Shown: positions 39,918 through 49,874 of the stretch, one piece after another
How positions within the stretch are numbered: the stretch's first letter is position 1
How the letters are laid out: the number at the start of each line of letters is the position of its first letter
IMG/VR virus record: IMGVR_UViG_2660238583_000003
Coordinates: 1,233 to 65,232 of that record
From: a virus
Taxonomy: Duplodnaviria > Caudoviricetes
Direction: 5' to 3' (one strand)
Length of the DNA stretch: 64,000 nt
The notes under the pieces: generated by a model
Databases searched by the model: none
What the model was told of the DNA's origin: nothing
Seen by the model: only the letters and a program-made list of their open reading frames with translations
Program-made: the position numbers and the translations under genes

Positions 39918-41081
39918 TTATGCGGTGACCGTGATGGCCGAAGTAGCGGTCTTGGTCGGGTCCGAAACGCTGGTAGCGGTGATGACTGCCGACCCAACGG
40001 CAACGGCGGTGACCAGGCCGGAGGAGTTGACCGTGGCGATCGACGGCGCCGAACTGGACCAGGTGACGTTCTGGGCTGCACCCGATGGCAGCGCAGATGC
40101 GGTGAGCTGGCGGGTCGCCGCTACGGCAATCGAGGCAGTGGTCGGGGCCACCGACACGCTGGAGACCGGTACGAATGGCACTCGGGTAATGGTCGGGGCC
40201 TGCTTGGCAACGGTGTAGTTCAGCGTGACCTCGATCAAGTCGCGCTTGCCGCCGTTTGGCAGGTCGCCATCCACTTCAAGGGCCGGGAACGACAGGTCGT
40301 ATCGATTGCCAAGGCTGTCGATGATCGGGAACTCGACCGCTACGGTTTTCCGGGTGAAGGTGTTCTTCCAGATCTGCCAAGCCAGCGGAGACCAGGCTAG
40401 GGTGATGGAGCCGGTGATCGCCGCCTCGGTGGCGATCTGTGCGCCAGGCCCAAGCTTGCCGTTACCGATGCAGCGCTGCGCCTGCAGGCTGTTGTCGAGG
40501 TTGACGGTCAGAGCAGACACGCACGCCTGGCCTTCCAGGCTCTGGCCATCAACCGTGATGGAGCCAACGTTCTGATTGCTCATGAACGGCGTGGTGGTCG
40601 GCGGGATGACGGCCGCTACGGTATTGGTGTCGCCATCGGCGTAGTCCAGGCCGGCCATGGTGAAGGTGGCAGTGATCTTGCCGTCAGACGGGATATCCAG
40701 GGCGAAGACCGAGACGTGCATACCCTTAAACAGGGCGTAAACGTTCACGTCGTTGAAGTTCTTCGCGACGGTGAAGGTCCGGCGCGTGCTGCCTACAGTC
40801 AGGACGTCATCGTCCCAGGTTCCGTAGAAGGCCGCTTCCAGCAGCTTGTCGAAGGTGCTGTAGGACAGTTCGCCTACCAGATCACCCTGGATATCGGTAC
40901 TGGAGACCACCGAACCTTGGCTGATGCGCGATTCGGTGATTTCGTCGCTGACCTGCGTGTTCACGGTCGGCGACAGGGTGTTGCTGGTCAGGCGCAGGGT
41001 ATCCCAGTCGCCTGTGGTCGGGGTGATGCCGGGGGTTGCCTCAGGAATGAGGTAACTGGTAACGCGGGCGCCAGAGGACAT
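39918..41081 (-). CDS. Major tail tube protein with C-terminal Ig-like domain
   Basis: E.TPG.TP..W..LR, SDEI..SR; C-terminal VTWSSSAPSIATVNSSGLVTAV. Confidence 0.9.
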   Translation of the reverse strand: MSSGARVTSYLIPEATPGITPTTGDWDTLRLTSNTLSPTVNTQVSDEITESRISQGSVVSSTDIQGDLVGELSYSTFDKLLEAAFYGTWDDDVLTVGSTRRTFTVAKNFNDVNVYALFKGMHVSVFALDIPSDGKITATFTMAGLDYADGDTNTVAAVIPPTTTPFMSNQNVGSITVDGQSLEGQACVSALTVNLDNSLQAQRCIGNGKLGPGAQIATEAAITGSITLAWSPLAWQIWKNTFTRKTVAVEFPIIDSLGNRYDLSFPALEVDGDLPNGGKRDLIEVTLNYTVAKQAPTITRVPFVPVSSVSVAPTTASIAVAATRQLTASALPSGAAQNVTWSSSAPSIATVNSSGLVTAVAVGSAVITATSVSDPTKTATSAITVTA

Positions 41082-41180
41082 GCGCATGTCTCCTTTCTGC
41101 GGGCATAAAAAAACCCGCTCACGGCGGGGTATCAGGGTGTTGCTTTTTCGAAGTGAGAAAATCCCACATCAAAGGGTGAA

Positions 41181-41705
41181 TTAGTGCAGGGGCAATGACG
41201 GCTGGATCTGATCAGCCAAGTCACTCAGCTTCGCTTCAAGTGGCGGCTTCTGGTCCTTCCATTGGCGTAGCCCCTTTCCGCACAGACTTGCCACCGCCTT
41301 TTTGCCGCTGTACTCCAGCAGCGTCCGATTGAACTCTGCAGACAGGCTGCGGCCCTTCTGCATTTCACAGTCCAGTACGTCAAGTACTTTGCGGCGGAAT
41401 CGCTTGGCACGATCAGTCCTGGCAAGCATGCCAAGCAGATGTGCGCCGCGCAGACTGAACACCCTGACCTCCTGCTCACCACCGCGAGTCTGCATCTTGA
41501 CCAGCGCAGTCATGGTTGGCGTGAACTCATCTACGTGGCGCCGGTAAAGGGTGTTTAGCTGTCGAACCCCCTTGTCAAAGGGTGCATCACTTTGATCACC
41601 CCCTTTGCCATAAAGCGCTACTGCGATTTCTGAAAGGGTCAGGCATGGCTGCCCGCCGTGATCGACAACCTTCAGTTCGATATTATCGAAAATGAATTTT
41701 TCCAT
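41181..41705 (-). CDS. Antirepressor-like protein inserted in the tail operon
   Basis: LYRRH.DEF, VRVFSLRGAHLLGMLART.RAK.FR.KVLD motif; AGGAG RBS; own terminator at 41107-41130. Confidence 0.75.
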   Translation of the reverse strand: MEKFIFDNIELKVVDHGGQPCLTLSEIAVALYGKGGDQSDAPFDKGVRQLNTLYRRHVDEFTPTMTALVKMQTRGGEQEVRVFSLRGAHLLGMLARTDRAKRFRRKVLDVLDCEMQKGRSLSAEFNRTLLEYSGKKAVASLCGKGLRQWKDQKPPLEAKLSDLADQIQPSLPLH

Positions 41706-41837
41706 TGCGCACTCCTGATCGCCATTTGAAGTGAGCATGCCAGCAGGGACGGAGGCGTGCCCGCCCCTTTCGGGTGTACGGACCTAGCTGGCATGGTTAT
41801 CCCGAGAGGGATTCAGTTGCCTTGCGGCAGAAAGTGG

Positions 41838-42260
41838 TCAGCCGGCGCGGAACCGGACGTTCACGTTGAACTGGCGAAAACCTTCAAATTCATCGGCGTC
41901 AACTACGCCGGTTTCAATGCACTCAAGGTCGCCAGTGCTCCAGTACGAAAAATGTGACTCAAGGGCGTCGGCGAGCGCGTTCAGGCTTTTGATACCGGTC
42001 TGCTCACGAGCAAAACACTGGATAGTGATCATTCCGGGCTTTCGCGTGTGCGGCCTGTCTGCCATTCCCGCCATAAACGGCGTTGCGTAGGAGATATTCA
42101 GGCGGCACCAGAGCCCCGTCGCCGGAGGCTTGAACAGGCCAGATGTATCCTTGTCTTTTGCCTGAAGCTGGGCGTTTGGATAGTAAATCCTGTCCGGAGC
42201 GATTCCAGAAAAGGCCCTCATGCGGAGGATGATCGCGTCGTAGATTTCGCTGTAGGTCAT
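41838..42260 (-). CDS. Tail terminator-like protein
   Basis: Position before the tail tube; G.ITIQCF and NVNVRFRAG. Confidence 0.7.
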   Translation of the reverse strand: MTYSEIYDAIILRMRAFSGIAPDRIYYPNAQLQAKDKDTSGLFKPPATGLWCRLNISYATPFMAGMADRPHTRKPGMITIQCFAREQTGIKSLNALADALESHFSYWSTGDLECIETGVVDADEFEGFRQFNVNVRFRAG

Positions 42261-42637
42261 GATCCGTACGCCGCTGCCACACCGGTGAAGGAAATTCCAA
42301 ACACACCATTCGGGGCTTTCTTAGAGTGGCCATTTTCAAGTTTCTCGGCGTACGCCAAATTATTCTGCAAGAAAATCAAACTGTACGGCTTGAGCCCTGT
42401 AAGGACCGTCTGGCCTGCCGCTATGGTCGCAGCTCCATCCTTGTCGACCTTGTCTGTCGTGCCAAACACCGGAGCCCCAATACTGACCATGGTATTGCCA
42501 CGAAACCGCCCGGTATCCACCGGTGATCGCTTCACGATCTCGCCCAGCAAAGCCATTGCGATAATGCGGGCCTGCTTGCTCAGATCGCTCTCGATTTGAT
42601 CAATGAATGCCGTGGGTGGGATGCTCCATCCGGCCAT
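42257..42637 (-). CDS. HK97 gp10-like tail completion protein
   Basis: SPVDTGRFR and NNL.YA.KLENGHS.KAP.G. Confidence 0.85.
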   Translation of the reverse strand: MAGWSIPPTAFIDQIESDLSKQARIIAMALLGEIVKRSPVDTGRFRGNTMVSIGAPVFGTTDKVDKDGAATIAAGQTVLTGLKPYSLIFLQNNLAYAEKLENGHSKKAPNGVFGISFTGVAAAYGS

Positions 42638-43020
42638 CAGGACTTCCTCATCTGGATCTCAATATGGGCCGCCGCAGGATCGGCTGATACAGATTCGACG
42701 CGGTATGCTGCTTGCTCGCCAGTCACCAGGTCGGGCGCAGTAATCTCGTGGCCAACCATGGGCTTATCGCTCACTTCGTTGACTAGGCATATCAAGAGCA
42801 CGTCACCAACTTTGATGTTGATGTTGTCGATGCGCCGGCTGTCGTAGCTTTCGAGGACGCCGCGCCCGGTGTAGGTGACCGGCTGGGCGGTGGTGGTCTC
42901 GCTCACGGGATCCCACACGCCAGGCCCCATGTAGGTGCCGGTGAAGGTGGACACCGCATCAGCCAGATCATCATCGAAGGCTTCGGCCAGGTCGGCCTGG
43001 ATATCGTCGCGAAGGCCCAT
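42637..43020 (-). CDS. Head-tail adaptor / head closure protein
   Basis: MGLRDDIQADLAEAFDDDLAD; position in the neck module. Confidence 0.65.
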   Translation of the reverse strand: MGLRDDIQADLAEAFDDDLADAVSTFTGTYMGPGVWDPVSETTTAQPVTYTGRGVLESYDSRRIDNINIKVGDVLLICLVNEVSDKPMVGHEITAPDLVTGEQAAYRVESVSADPAAAHIEIQMRKS

Positions 43021-43022
43021 CC

Positions 43023-43415
43023 CTATCCCCTCTTCACAGCGAAGGCGAACGGATTGCTGCGCCATGGCGTAAGCAGCGCCAGGGCCAGCTGTACGCAGGC
43101 TGGCTGGGCTACAGTGCTGGTCTTGTCGATCGAGCCGAAGGTCTTGCTGGTCGATACCGATCCGGCCTTGACCGTCTTCGCCTCGAGCGAGCCCTCGGTC
43201 TGCTGCTGGTAAAGCTTTCCTTGGGAAGCGCACTTGGCCAGCCGCGCGCCTGCCTGTTTCACATCGTCAGGGATGTTGTCCATGTCGATGCCGACCAGGT
43301 TGAGCGCAGTGAGGTAGGCATTCGCCTCGAAGACCGCCTCGTCCTTCAGCTCTGGAGCTGCCCAGTCAGGCCCAAGGATGGCGTCTACGTCGGCCACAGT
43401 GATGTAGGTAGCCAT
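43023..43415 (-). CDS. Head-tail connector protein
   Basis: MATYITVADVD, IPDDVKQA, LLTPW; position in the neck module. Confidence 0.65.
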   Translation of the reverse strand: MATYITVADVDAILGPDWAAPELKDEAVFEANAYLTALNLVGIDMDNIPDDVKQAGARLAKCASQGKLYQQQTEGSLEAKTVKAGSVSTSKTFGSIDKTSTVAQPACVQLALALLTPWRSNPFAFAVKRG

Positions 43416-43454
43416 CCGGCCTCCGCTTGAATGATTGGGGCCTCAGCCCCGGGA

Positions 43455-44072
43455 TTACTGCTTGTCGAGGTCAGCGACCTGCTTCTGCAGAGCTTCTTTC
43501 GAGGCATTGGAGCGGTAGGAGACGTTCGCGGCGTCGAGCTTGGCTTTCAGGGCCTCGACCTCGGGGTCAGCGTTTGCTGGCTTGAGGGATTCGATTTGCT
43601 TGAGCAGTTCGGCATTCTGCTTCAGCAGGTCTGCCTTCTCTTGCTCCAGGCCTACGACCTTCTCCACTTCGCCGTCGCGCTCACGCTTTAGGCTGGAAAC
43701 GCCGGAATTCACTGCTTCCAGAACTTCGAATAGGCGCGATGCGGTATCACCCAGATCACCCGCCGGGCGCTCCAGGCTCTGGGCGGCGAACGATTCGACG
43801 ATCACGCCGATGGAGGCCAGCTCTTGGCGAATGCCGCTGATTTCTGCATGAAATGCCTCGTCACGGCCACTTGCCCCAGAGCCCTTCTGCGCCGGAGCCT
43901 CGACAACGGTCACGTCGACGCCGGCTTCCTCATAAGCAGCCGCTACCTTGGGCCAGTAACCCACAATAACGACCGTCTTCACTCCCGGCTCAGGGCGGTC
44001 GAAGTGCTGAGGATTGCGATAGCGCTTGCCCGGCTCGAACCCGGAGGCCTGCGCGGTGTAGATCAGTTCCAT
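43455..44072 (-). CDS. Hypothetical capsid-adjacent protein with C-terminal HeH-like motif
   Basis: Coiled coil plus LKAKLDAANVSY.SNASKEAL. Confidence 0.6.
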   Translation of the reverse strand: MELIYTAQASGFEPGKRYRNPQHFDRPEPGVKTVVIVGYWPKVAAAYEEAGVDVTVVEAPAQKGSGASGRDEAFHAEISGIRQELASIGVIVESFAAQSLERPAGDLGDTASRLFEVLEAVNSGVSSLKRERDGEVEKVVGLEQEKADLLKQNAELLKQIESLKPANADPEVEALKAKLDAANVSYRSNASKEALQKQVADLDKQ

Positions 44073-44115
44073 GATGATCTCCATGGCGACCCACTACGAG
44101 TCGCCCGACGGTGGA

Positions 44116-45063
44116 TTACGGAGTGCCCAGATCGATCAAGACGCCGGCAGTGGCTTTGTCGCTGGTCGCGTACTTGGCCCAGTTGGCGCCCGCGCCCACG
44201 GCAGCCAGGTTCGGGTTGATTCCACCAGTGGCGTCAGCCCAGCTGTAGCCCAGCAGATCCAGGTTGAAAGTACCCTCGGCGCGGAAGCCCATCGCCAAGT
44301 TTTCCTGGGTGTTGATCGGGTAGGAGCGGAACCCCGGGGCCTGGGATTCGGTTACGCGAATCGCGCCGGACTGCAGGCCGAAGATGGTTTCGGCAGGATG
44401 GGTGTCGGTAACCAGTACCGGCTTGCCCATGGTGCCCGGCTGTCCACCGTAGATCACCACGCCTGCTTCTTCGTAGATCTTCTCGCTGATCGCCTGATCC
44501 ACCATGTCGAAGTAGGTTGCCGAATCCATGGTCCACAGCGCGATGCGACCGAAGCGGTCGCCGAACTTGCGCATGCCCTTGGTCAGCACTTTCTTACCGT
44601 CAGTGGCGAAGCTGCCGGTGGCGACCATATTGGCGTTTGCGCCAATCGATGCCTTGAGGGCTGCCATGGCGTATTGGATGTAGCCTTCCAGCACCGCGTC
44701 GGCGTAGTCCTGACCAACCAGTTCGGAGAACTCTTCAGGCGAGCGAGCGCGGCGCTTGAAGGCCTCTTCGGTAGTCTCGTAAGGGCCATACTTGAACGGA
44801 ACCTTCACGCCCACCATCTCGCCGGCACCGATCTTGGAGCCAGTGACGGTAGCGCTGGAGTTCACGTCACGGTGCCCGATGGAGCCGCCGATTTTGTAGA
44901 ACGCACGCTTGCGCAGGTCACCTTCGATCAGCTCGTTGTTCAGCACGATCGCGCCATTCGACGAGGCGTTGAAGACATCGAGCACGTCCTGGATACGCTC
45001 CAGGTAGGCGGTTTGGGCAAGATCGTTGTAAACGATCATGTCCGAGTTGACGGTGGTCGCCAT
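44116..45063 (-). CDS. Major capsid protein
   Basis: 315 aa after the scaffold; FNASSNGAI, LLGYSW, NP..A......NW, K.TAGV. Confidence 0.85.
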   Translation of the reverse strand: MATTVNSDMIVYNDLAQTAYLERIQDVLDVFNASSNGAIVLNNELIEGDLRKRAFYKIGGSIGHRDVNSSATVTGSKIGAGEMVGVKVPFKYGPYETTEEAFKRRARSPEEFSELVGQDYADAVLEGYIQYAMAALKASIGANANMVATGSFATDGKKVLTKGMRKFGDRFGRIALWTMDSATYFDMVDQAISEKIYEEAGVVIYGGQPGTMGKPVLVTDTHPAETIFGLQSGAIRVTESQAPGFRSYPINTQENLAMGFRAEGTFNLDLLGYSWADATGGINPNLAAVGAGANWAKYATSDKATAGVLIDLGTP

Positions 45064-45073
45064 GTGTTACTCC

Positions 45074-45793
45074 CTATTTGGGCAATTTGAGGTAGGCGCT
45101 CTGCCCGTGCGCTTCGATGAACTCGCGCTTCTGGGTAGAGGACATTTCGGAACGTTTCAGCGCGGCCCCGCCGCCACCTTTTGCACCGCCGGCCCCGCCG
45201 CCAGATGCTTTACTGCCAACAATCAACGGACCGAAGGCCGGATCGTTGGTGAATTCTGCTTTCAGCTCGTCCAGCGTTGCCGCGGAGAGCTTGCCGGCGG
45301 CATCCAGCACGACAACGGTGGGTTTACCGTCGCGCTGCTCGACGCTCAGCCGGCGTTCGATGTGGGGAAGCAATGCCTTGGCGCTGCCAGGGACAGCCAG
45401 GGTGGTCGCGATCTCGGTAGCGGTGCGGCCCACGGTCAGATCCCGGATCTGGCCTTGCAGGGTGCTGTTGGTGCTTTCGAGTTGGCCGGTCAGCTCTGCT
45501 TCGCGGCGGGCGTACTTCTCGGACCAAGACTTTTCGAGCTCTTCGACGTTGCCCGACTTGCGAGCAGCCTCCTCGGCCTCGGCGCGTGCCTTGTCTTCGG
45601 CCTCGCGACGGGCCTTCTCGGCGGCCTTCTTCTCGCCCAGTAGCTCTTCCACTTTGGCCTTCAGCCCGGTGACGTCCTCCTGCTGCGGCAGGCCCTCAAT
45701 GCCGAGGACAAACTTGCCGTCCTTCTCGACGTACAGGGCTGCTACCGATTCTTCGACGCCTTCGAGGCTGTCCAGTTGGAATTTCAAGGTCAT
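45074..45793 (-). CDS. Capsid scaffolding protein
   Basis: LY.EKDGKFVL, coiled coil, GGGAGG linker, C-terminal EAHG..AYLKLPK. Confidence 0.8.
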   Translation of the reverse strand: MTLKFQLDSLEGVEESVAALYVEKDGKFVLGIEGLPQQEDVTGLKAKVEELLGEKKAAEKARREAEDKARAEAEEAARKSGNVEELEKSWSEKYARREAELTGQLESTNSTLQGQIRDLTVGRTATEIATTLAVPGSAKALLPHIERRLSVEQRDGKPTVVVLDAAGKLSAATLDELKAEFTNDPAFGPLIVGSKASGGGAGGAKGGGGAALKRSEMSSTQKREFIEAHGQSAYLKLPK

Positions 45794-45871
45794 TGCTGTC
45801 TCCCAGAGACGTTGAGCAGGCCCTGCCTGCGGATACAAAAAAAGCCCCGGCTCAGCCAGGGCTTGGAATTG

Positions 45872-45908
45872 CGCGCCACGAAATGGCGGTTGCATATTTT
45901 GTGGCGCG
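45872..45908. repeat. Palindromic element copy 1, CGCGCCACGAAA-N13-TTTTGTGGCGCG
   Basis: Read directly; identical arms at 51612-51648 and 59105-59140. Confidence 0.85.
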
Positions 45909-45910
45909 GA

Positions 45911-46957
45911 TCAGTCCAAGCCAGCTCGCTCGAAAGCCATCGGCTCACGCTCGCGCAGCTGCTGAAGATTCAGCGTCTTCCCGTTGGCATCCGTGAATCG
46001 CTCAATGGGCAGTTCGCCTTTCTTGAAGAGGGCGTACCGTGATGGCCCCAAAACATCCTTCTGGAAGCTCGCCGATTGACGTGCAAGCCATTCTGGATAG
46101 CTGGTATCACTGGCCACAGGCTTCGTGCCATCCGACCCAACCGAAGGCCGCGTAGAGCCGGGGATCTTCCTCTCGTACTCAGGCTTGAGCACTGGAATGA
46201 TGGTGGTTCGGCAGTTCCAGTGGTATGGCGGCCTAGGCCCATCGAGCGGGATAACCGTCTGGTCGATGCTCATGCAGTAGAGCGATGTCCGTGAATCCAG
46301 CGTGGCGATGCGGCGCATGCCCAGCAGAATGTCGTCGTTCGCCTTCAGGGTTTCGACCCTGGCGGTGCTGGCGATGTGGTTTGTGGCCGTCCTGACAAGG
46401 GCCGACGCCTGATCACGCTGCACCTGGTGCAGGCTGTTGAGGCGCCGGGCGATTGCCGGGGTGGTTTCGCCAAGCGCAGAGCCGATCTTGATCTCGCTGA
46501 GGATGTCGGCAGCCTTCTTGGTACCGAACTCGTCCAGCGCGCCGCTGATGCTGATCTTCTGGACGCCCTTGCGAGCCTCCAATGCCATCGGATCGAGCTT
46601 GGCCGCCGAAGTGACGATCTGCGGAGAAGGCGTGTTGAGCTGCACCCTCGGCTTCACCACCTGCTCCAGCAGGTCGATGTTGTACTTGGCCTCCACCCCG
46701 GCAAAGGACTGAAGCTCAAGCTCCATTTGGCCTTTCATCCCGGTGTAGATCCCGGCCAAGTCCTTCTGCAGAACCCGGATCTGCTGCTCGTAGCGCCTGG
46801 TGCCGTATGCGCTCAGGCCCTCAGCCACCCTACTCTTGGCCATGTCGATGGCCTGGGCGATGAATACCGCTATCTCTTCCGCGTTGTGAGCCGCGTAGAG
46901 CTGGACGTATATGGCGTGACGGGTGGCTTCGTCTTCAAGGTAGCCGTCGGCGCTCAT
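45911..46957 (-). CDS. Minor head morphogenesis protein (SPP1 gp7 / Mu F-like)
   Basis: ATLDSRTS.YC and PPYHWNCRTT motifs. Confidence 0.9.
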   Translation of the reverse strand: MSADGYLEDEATRHAIYVQLYAAHNAEEIAVFIAQAIDMAKSRVAEGLSAYGTRRYEQQIRVLQKDLAGIYTGMKGQMELELQSFAGVEAKYNIDLLEQVVKPRVQLNTPSPQIVTSAAKLDPMALEARKGVQKISISGALDEFGTKKAADILSEIKIGSALGETTPAIARRLNSLHQVQRDQASALVRTATNHIASTARVETLKANDDILLGMRRIATLDSRTSLYCMSIDQTVIPLDGPRPPYHWNCRTTIIPVLKPEYERKIPGSTRPSVGSDGTKPVASDTSYPEWLARQSASFQKDVLGPSRYALFKKGELPIERFTDANGKTLNLQQLREREPMAFERAGLD

Positions 46958-48376
46958 CTACTCTTCCTCGTTGACCGTGACGCCCGATGTTATGGGTGCC
47001 TCGCCCTCGCGGTCCGCATCGATCAACTCATCAGTGCGATCAGCCTCAAGAACGCCGCCTTGGCGCAGGTTGACCCGAACATCACGCTTGGCGATCAGGC
47101 CCTGCTGCCAGAGCTGTACCTGGGCAAGGATGTCCTGAGCAGTCATCGTCTCGTCGAAGAACGACTGGTTTAGCCAGAAGACCGTTCCTTTCTCATCCGG
47201 CTCGCCGATCATGAAGCGCTCAGCGTCGAGAATGGCCCGCTTCAGGGCCTCAGACACGTTGCCGGCGATAGTGCCAAGCACGCTGTTGTCCGAGCTGTAG
47301 CGGATGCGCACCGCTTCAGCCGTCTCGGCGCCGCCCGCTTTCTGAACGATCCGCGCGCCGATCATCAGCATCTGCTCTTCCTTGTCCTTGAGCAGCGTGC
47401 GGGCCAGTTGGCTCTCGGTTGCTTGGACCAGGGTCGCGGTACCGCTCTTGCCGAGGTTGTAGCCACGGGTCGAGCCGATGTGCATGCCGTTCGGGTTCAA
47501 CTTGGCGAAGTCGTCGGCGGTGATGTCCGTGGTGATGAAGAGAGTGGGCTGACTGCTGATGAACCCGCTCTCCTCCACCGTGGCGCTGTTGCCGTAGTGC
47601 AGGATGTTCACATCGGCCAGGTCTTCCAGTGGGGACTTGTCGACGCTAGCGTCGTTGTTCTGGGCTCCATAGAAGCTAAACAGGATGTGGTCGAAGGGGC
47701 GGCCATTCTTGTCGAGCGGCGCGACCTCGCTGTAGCTGTTGCCGTCTTCGGCGTAGACGCGCTGGACGTACCGGCCATTCACCAGCAGCAGCACGCGATA
47801 TTGGGTGCTCGTTGTGCGCTCCAGGCTGTCCGGGCTGAACACGGAGACGCACTCCAGCAGGCAGACATAGACCAGGCGCTTCACGCCATCGACCACCTGC
47901 TCGTCCCAGTCGATGATCGACTCGGCGCCGTAGTGGTGAATCAGCGCGCTGCGGCCCTGCATGTCAGCCATCGAGGACACGCCCTCAACCGCAGGGAAGT
48001 CAACGAGGAACCCGCCCCGGCCAGCGTCCAGGCATTCGCCCACGGCGTCCTTGGACAGCTGCTCCAGGCTGGTGCCGTCACCGCTGGCGTTCTCCTTGAG
48101 GTACTCGACCCCGGCGGGCAACTCCAGCTCTGCAGTCTTGCGAAACACCGCACCCAGCAGGCCGGTGCGCGTGCGCCCGGTGATGTTCAGGAACATCGCC
48201 CGCTTCTTGTACTGCTTGTACCGCGCCTGGTTCTCAGGAGACTTGTTCTCCGGGTCCGGCATCGGTAGGTAGATATCGTGCTTGCGCACCTCGCGGGCGC
48301 CCGCCACGCAGCGCTTGACCAGCTGCCAGCCGGGCAAGGCCTCCGAGTACTCTGCCCGGGGGAGGAAGTTAGGCAT
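46958..48376 (-). CDS. Portal protein (DUF4055-type)
   Basis: Follows TerL; Y..YK.RA.F.N.TGRT and PL.DLA.VNI.HY.NSA. Confidence 0.85.
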   Translation of the reverse strand: MPNFLPRAEYSEALPGWQLVKRCVAGAREVRKHDIYLPMPDPENKSPENQARYKQYKKRAMFLNITGRTRTGLLGAVFRKTAELELPAGVEYLKENASGDGTSLEQLSKDAVGECLDAGRGGFLVDFPAVEGVSSMADMQGRSALIHHYGAESIIDWDEQVVDGVKRLVYVCLLECVSVFSPDSLERTTSTQYRVLLLVNGRYVQRVYAEDGNSYSEVAPLDKNGRPFDHILFSFYGAQNNDASVDKSPLEDLADVNILHYGNSATVEESGFISSQPTLFITTDITADDFAKLNPNGMHIGSTRGYNLGKSGTATLVQATESQLARTLLKDKEEQMLMIGARIVQKAGGAETAEAVRIRYSSDNSVLGTIAGNVSEALKRAILDAERFMIGEPDEKGTVFWLNQSFFDETMTAQDILAQVQLWQQGLIAKRDVRVNLRQGGVLEADRTDELIDADREGEAPITSGVTVNEEE

Positions 48377-48384
48377 GGATGGCC

Positions 48385-49872
48385 TCAGAAAGTGAACGAG
48401 ATTGGGACGTGCTTGACCACGGAGCGCTTGGTCTTGGCCACGGCGAAGTAGCGGAAGGCGTCGGCCGGGTGGGAAGACCAGTCGTGCAGGGGCTTGTCCT
48501 TCCAGCACCCGCGCTTGTCGTCCCACTCCTTGCGGTAGCTCTCCAGGGCGGTGATGCCCTCCTCGCACTTGGATTCGTCGAAAGCGCAGTTCGGGAGGAT
48601 TTCCCGTGCCTGCTCGATGCCTTCGTCAACACCGAGCTTCGGCACCACCTGAAAGGTCATCCGATACACCTGGCCGTCGATCTCGTAGCCCTCTCGCGCG
48701 AGTTCGCGTCGAGTCTTGCCGTCGCTACCAAATTCCCGGTTGTCGATGTCGTGGGGCCCCCAGTGCTCGCCGTACTCGTAGCCGCGATCCTTCAGCACCT
48801 TCATGTAGTGCCGCAGGCCTTCACCGCTGTTCTGGTAGAAGTCGACAACGTGGTACTCCTCGCCGACGATCCGGACGAACCAGATGGCCGTGGAGTCGCC
48901 CACGCCGATGTCCCAGAAGGTGTGCACCGGAAGGTGGCTGTTGTCTGGCAGCTTGCCGATGCGCTGGGCGGCGTAGAGCTTGGTGAACTGCTTAGCGTAG
49001 TACGCGCCTTCGATCGTCTGCTGGAATGCCTCGGCAGGGATCGACGGGTACTCCCGCTTCATGTCGTCGCCGAGGGTCTTTTCCTTTGCGCTGTACCAGG
49101 CGCGCTGGCCTGGACTGGTGACGATGCCGTGCTTGGCGCTCAACTCGTCGAAATACTTGGTCAAGCGGTCCGGGATCGTGACGTCGGTCGGATCCAGCGA
49201 GTAGAGAGGGTTTCGCCACCAGCTGAAGAAGAAGAACTTCCAGTCCAGCAGGCCCAGAGGCACGCCGGCCAGCTGCTGCTTCTCGGCTGACTGGCTATAG
49301 TCGAAGAAATACCCGGCCCGTCCTTCAGCCGTCGATTCGATGGTGACGAAGCACTCGGCGGCAACAGCCTCGAACGCACCGGTGACGATCTCCCGCGCCT
49401 TGTGCGGGAACTTGGCGCAGATCTTCCCGAACTCGGAAACGTGCAGGTAGCGCAGCGTGCCGCCCCGGAACGAGGTGGATACGTAGAGCGACCCGCCCTT
49501 GCTGAAGACCAACTCACCCGCGGCGTCGTTGCGCGCCGGGTTGGCTGCCTTGATCTCCTTGGGCAGGTGATCGTAGGCGTACTTCACCTTCTCCCGGAAC
49601 AGGCGCTTGGCGTCGCTCAGGGTGTGGGCGATCAGGGCGCACTTGGCAGCCTCGAACAGCGCGGCGTCGAGCTGGACGATGCAGACCAGCGTGGTGAAGC
49701 CCAGCTGCCGAGCCTTGAGGATGATGTTGCGGGTATGCATCCCCTGGAAGTAGTCGATCTGCTCCTGGGTCATCCGGAAGCGGACCTTCTTGCCCTGCTT
49801 GTCCGTGATGAAGTACAGGTTATTCAGCCGCCAGAACCGATCCCGGAGCAGTTTCATGTGCTCGGGCTTCAT
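48385..49872 (-). CDS. Terminase large subunit
   Basis: ILKARQLGFTT, HVSE, IESTAEG, WDIGVGDST, HPADAFRY. Confidence 0.95.
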   Translation of the reverse strand: MKPEHMKLLRDRFWRLNNLYFITDKQGKKVRFRMTQEQIDYFQGMHTRNIILKARQLGFTTLVCIVQLDAALFEAAKCALIAHTLSDAKRLFREKVKYAYDHLPKEIKAANPARNDAAGELVFSKGGSLYVSTSFRGGTLRYLHVSEFGKICAKFPHKAREIVTGAFEAVAAECFVTIESTAEGRAGYFFDYSQSAEKQQLAGVPLGLLDWKFFFFSWWRNPLYSLDPTDVTIPDRLTKYFDELSAKHGIVTSPGQRAWYSAKEKTLGDDMKREYPSIPAEAFQQTIEGAYYAKQFTKLYAAQRIGKLPDNSHLPVHTFWDIGVGDSTAIWFVRIVGEEYHVVDFYQNSGEGLRHYMKVLKDRGYEYGEHWGPHDIDNREFGSDGKTRRELAREGYEIDGQVYRMTFQVVPKLGVDEGIEQAREILPNCAFDESKCEEGITALESYRKEWDDKRGCWKDKPLHDWSSHPADAFRYFAVAKTKRSVVKHVPISFTF

Positions 49873-49874
49873 GG

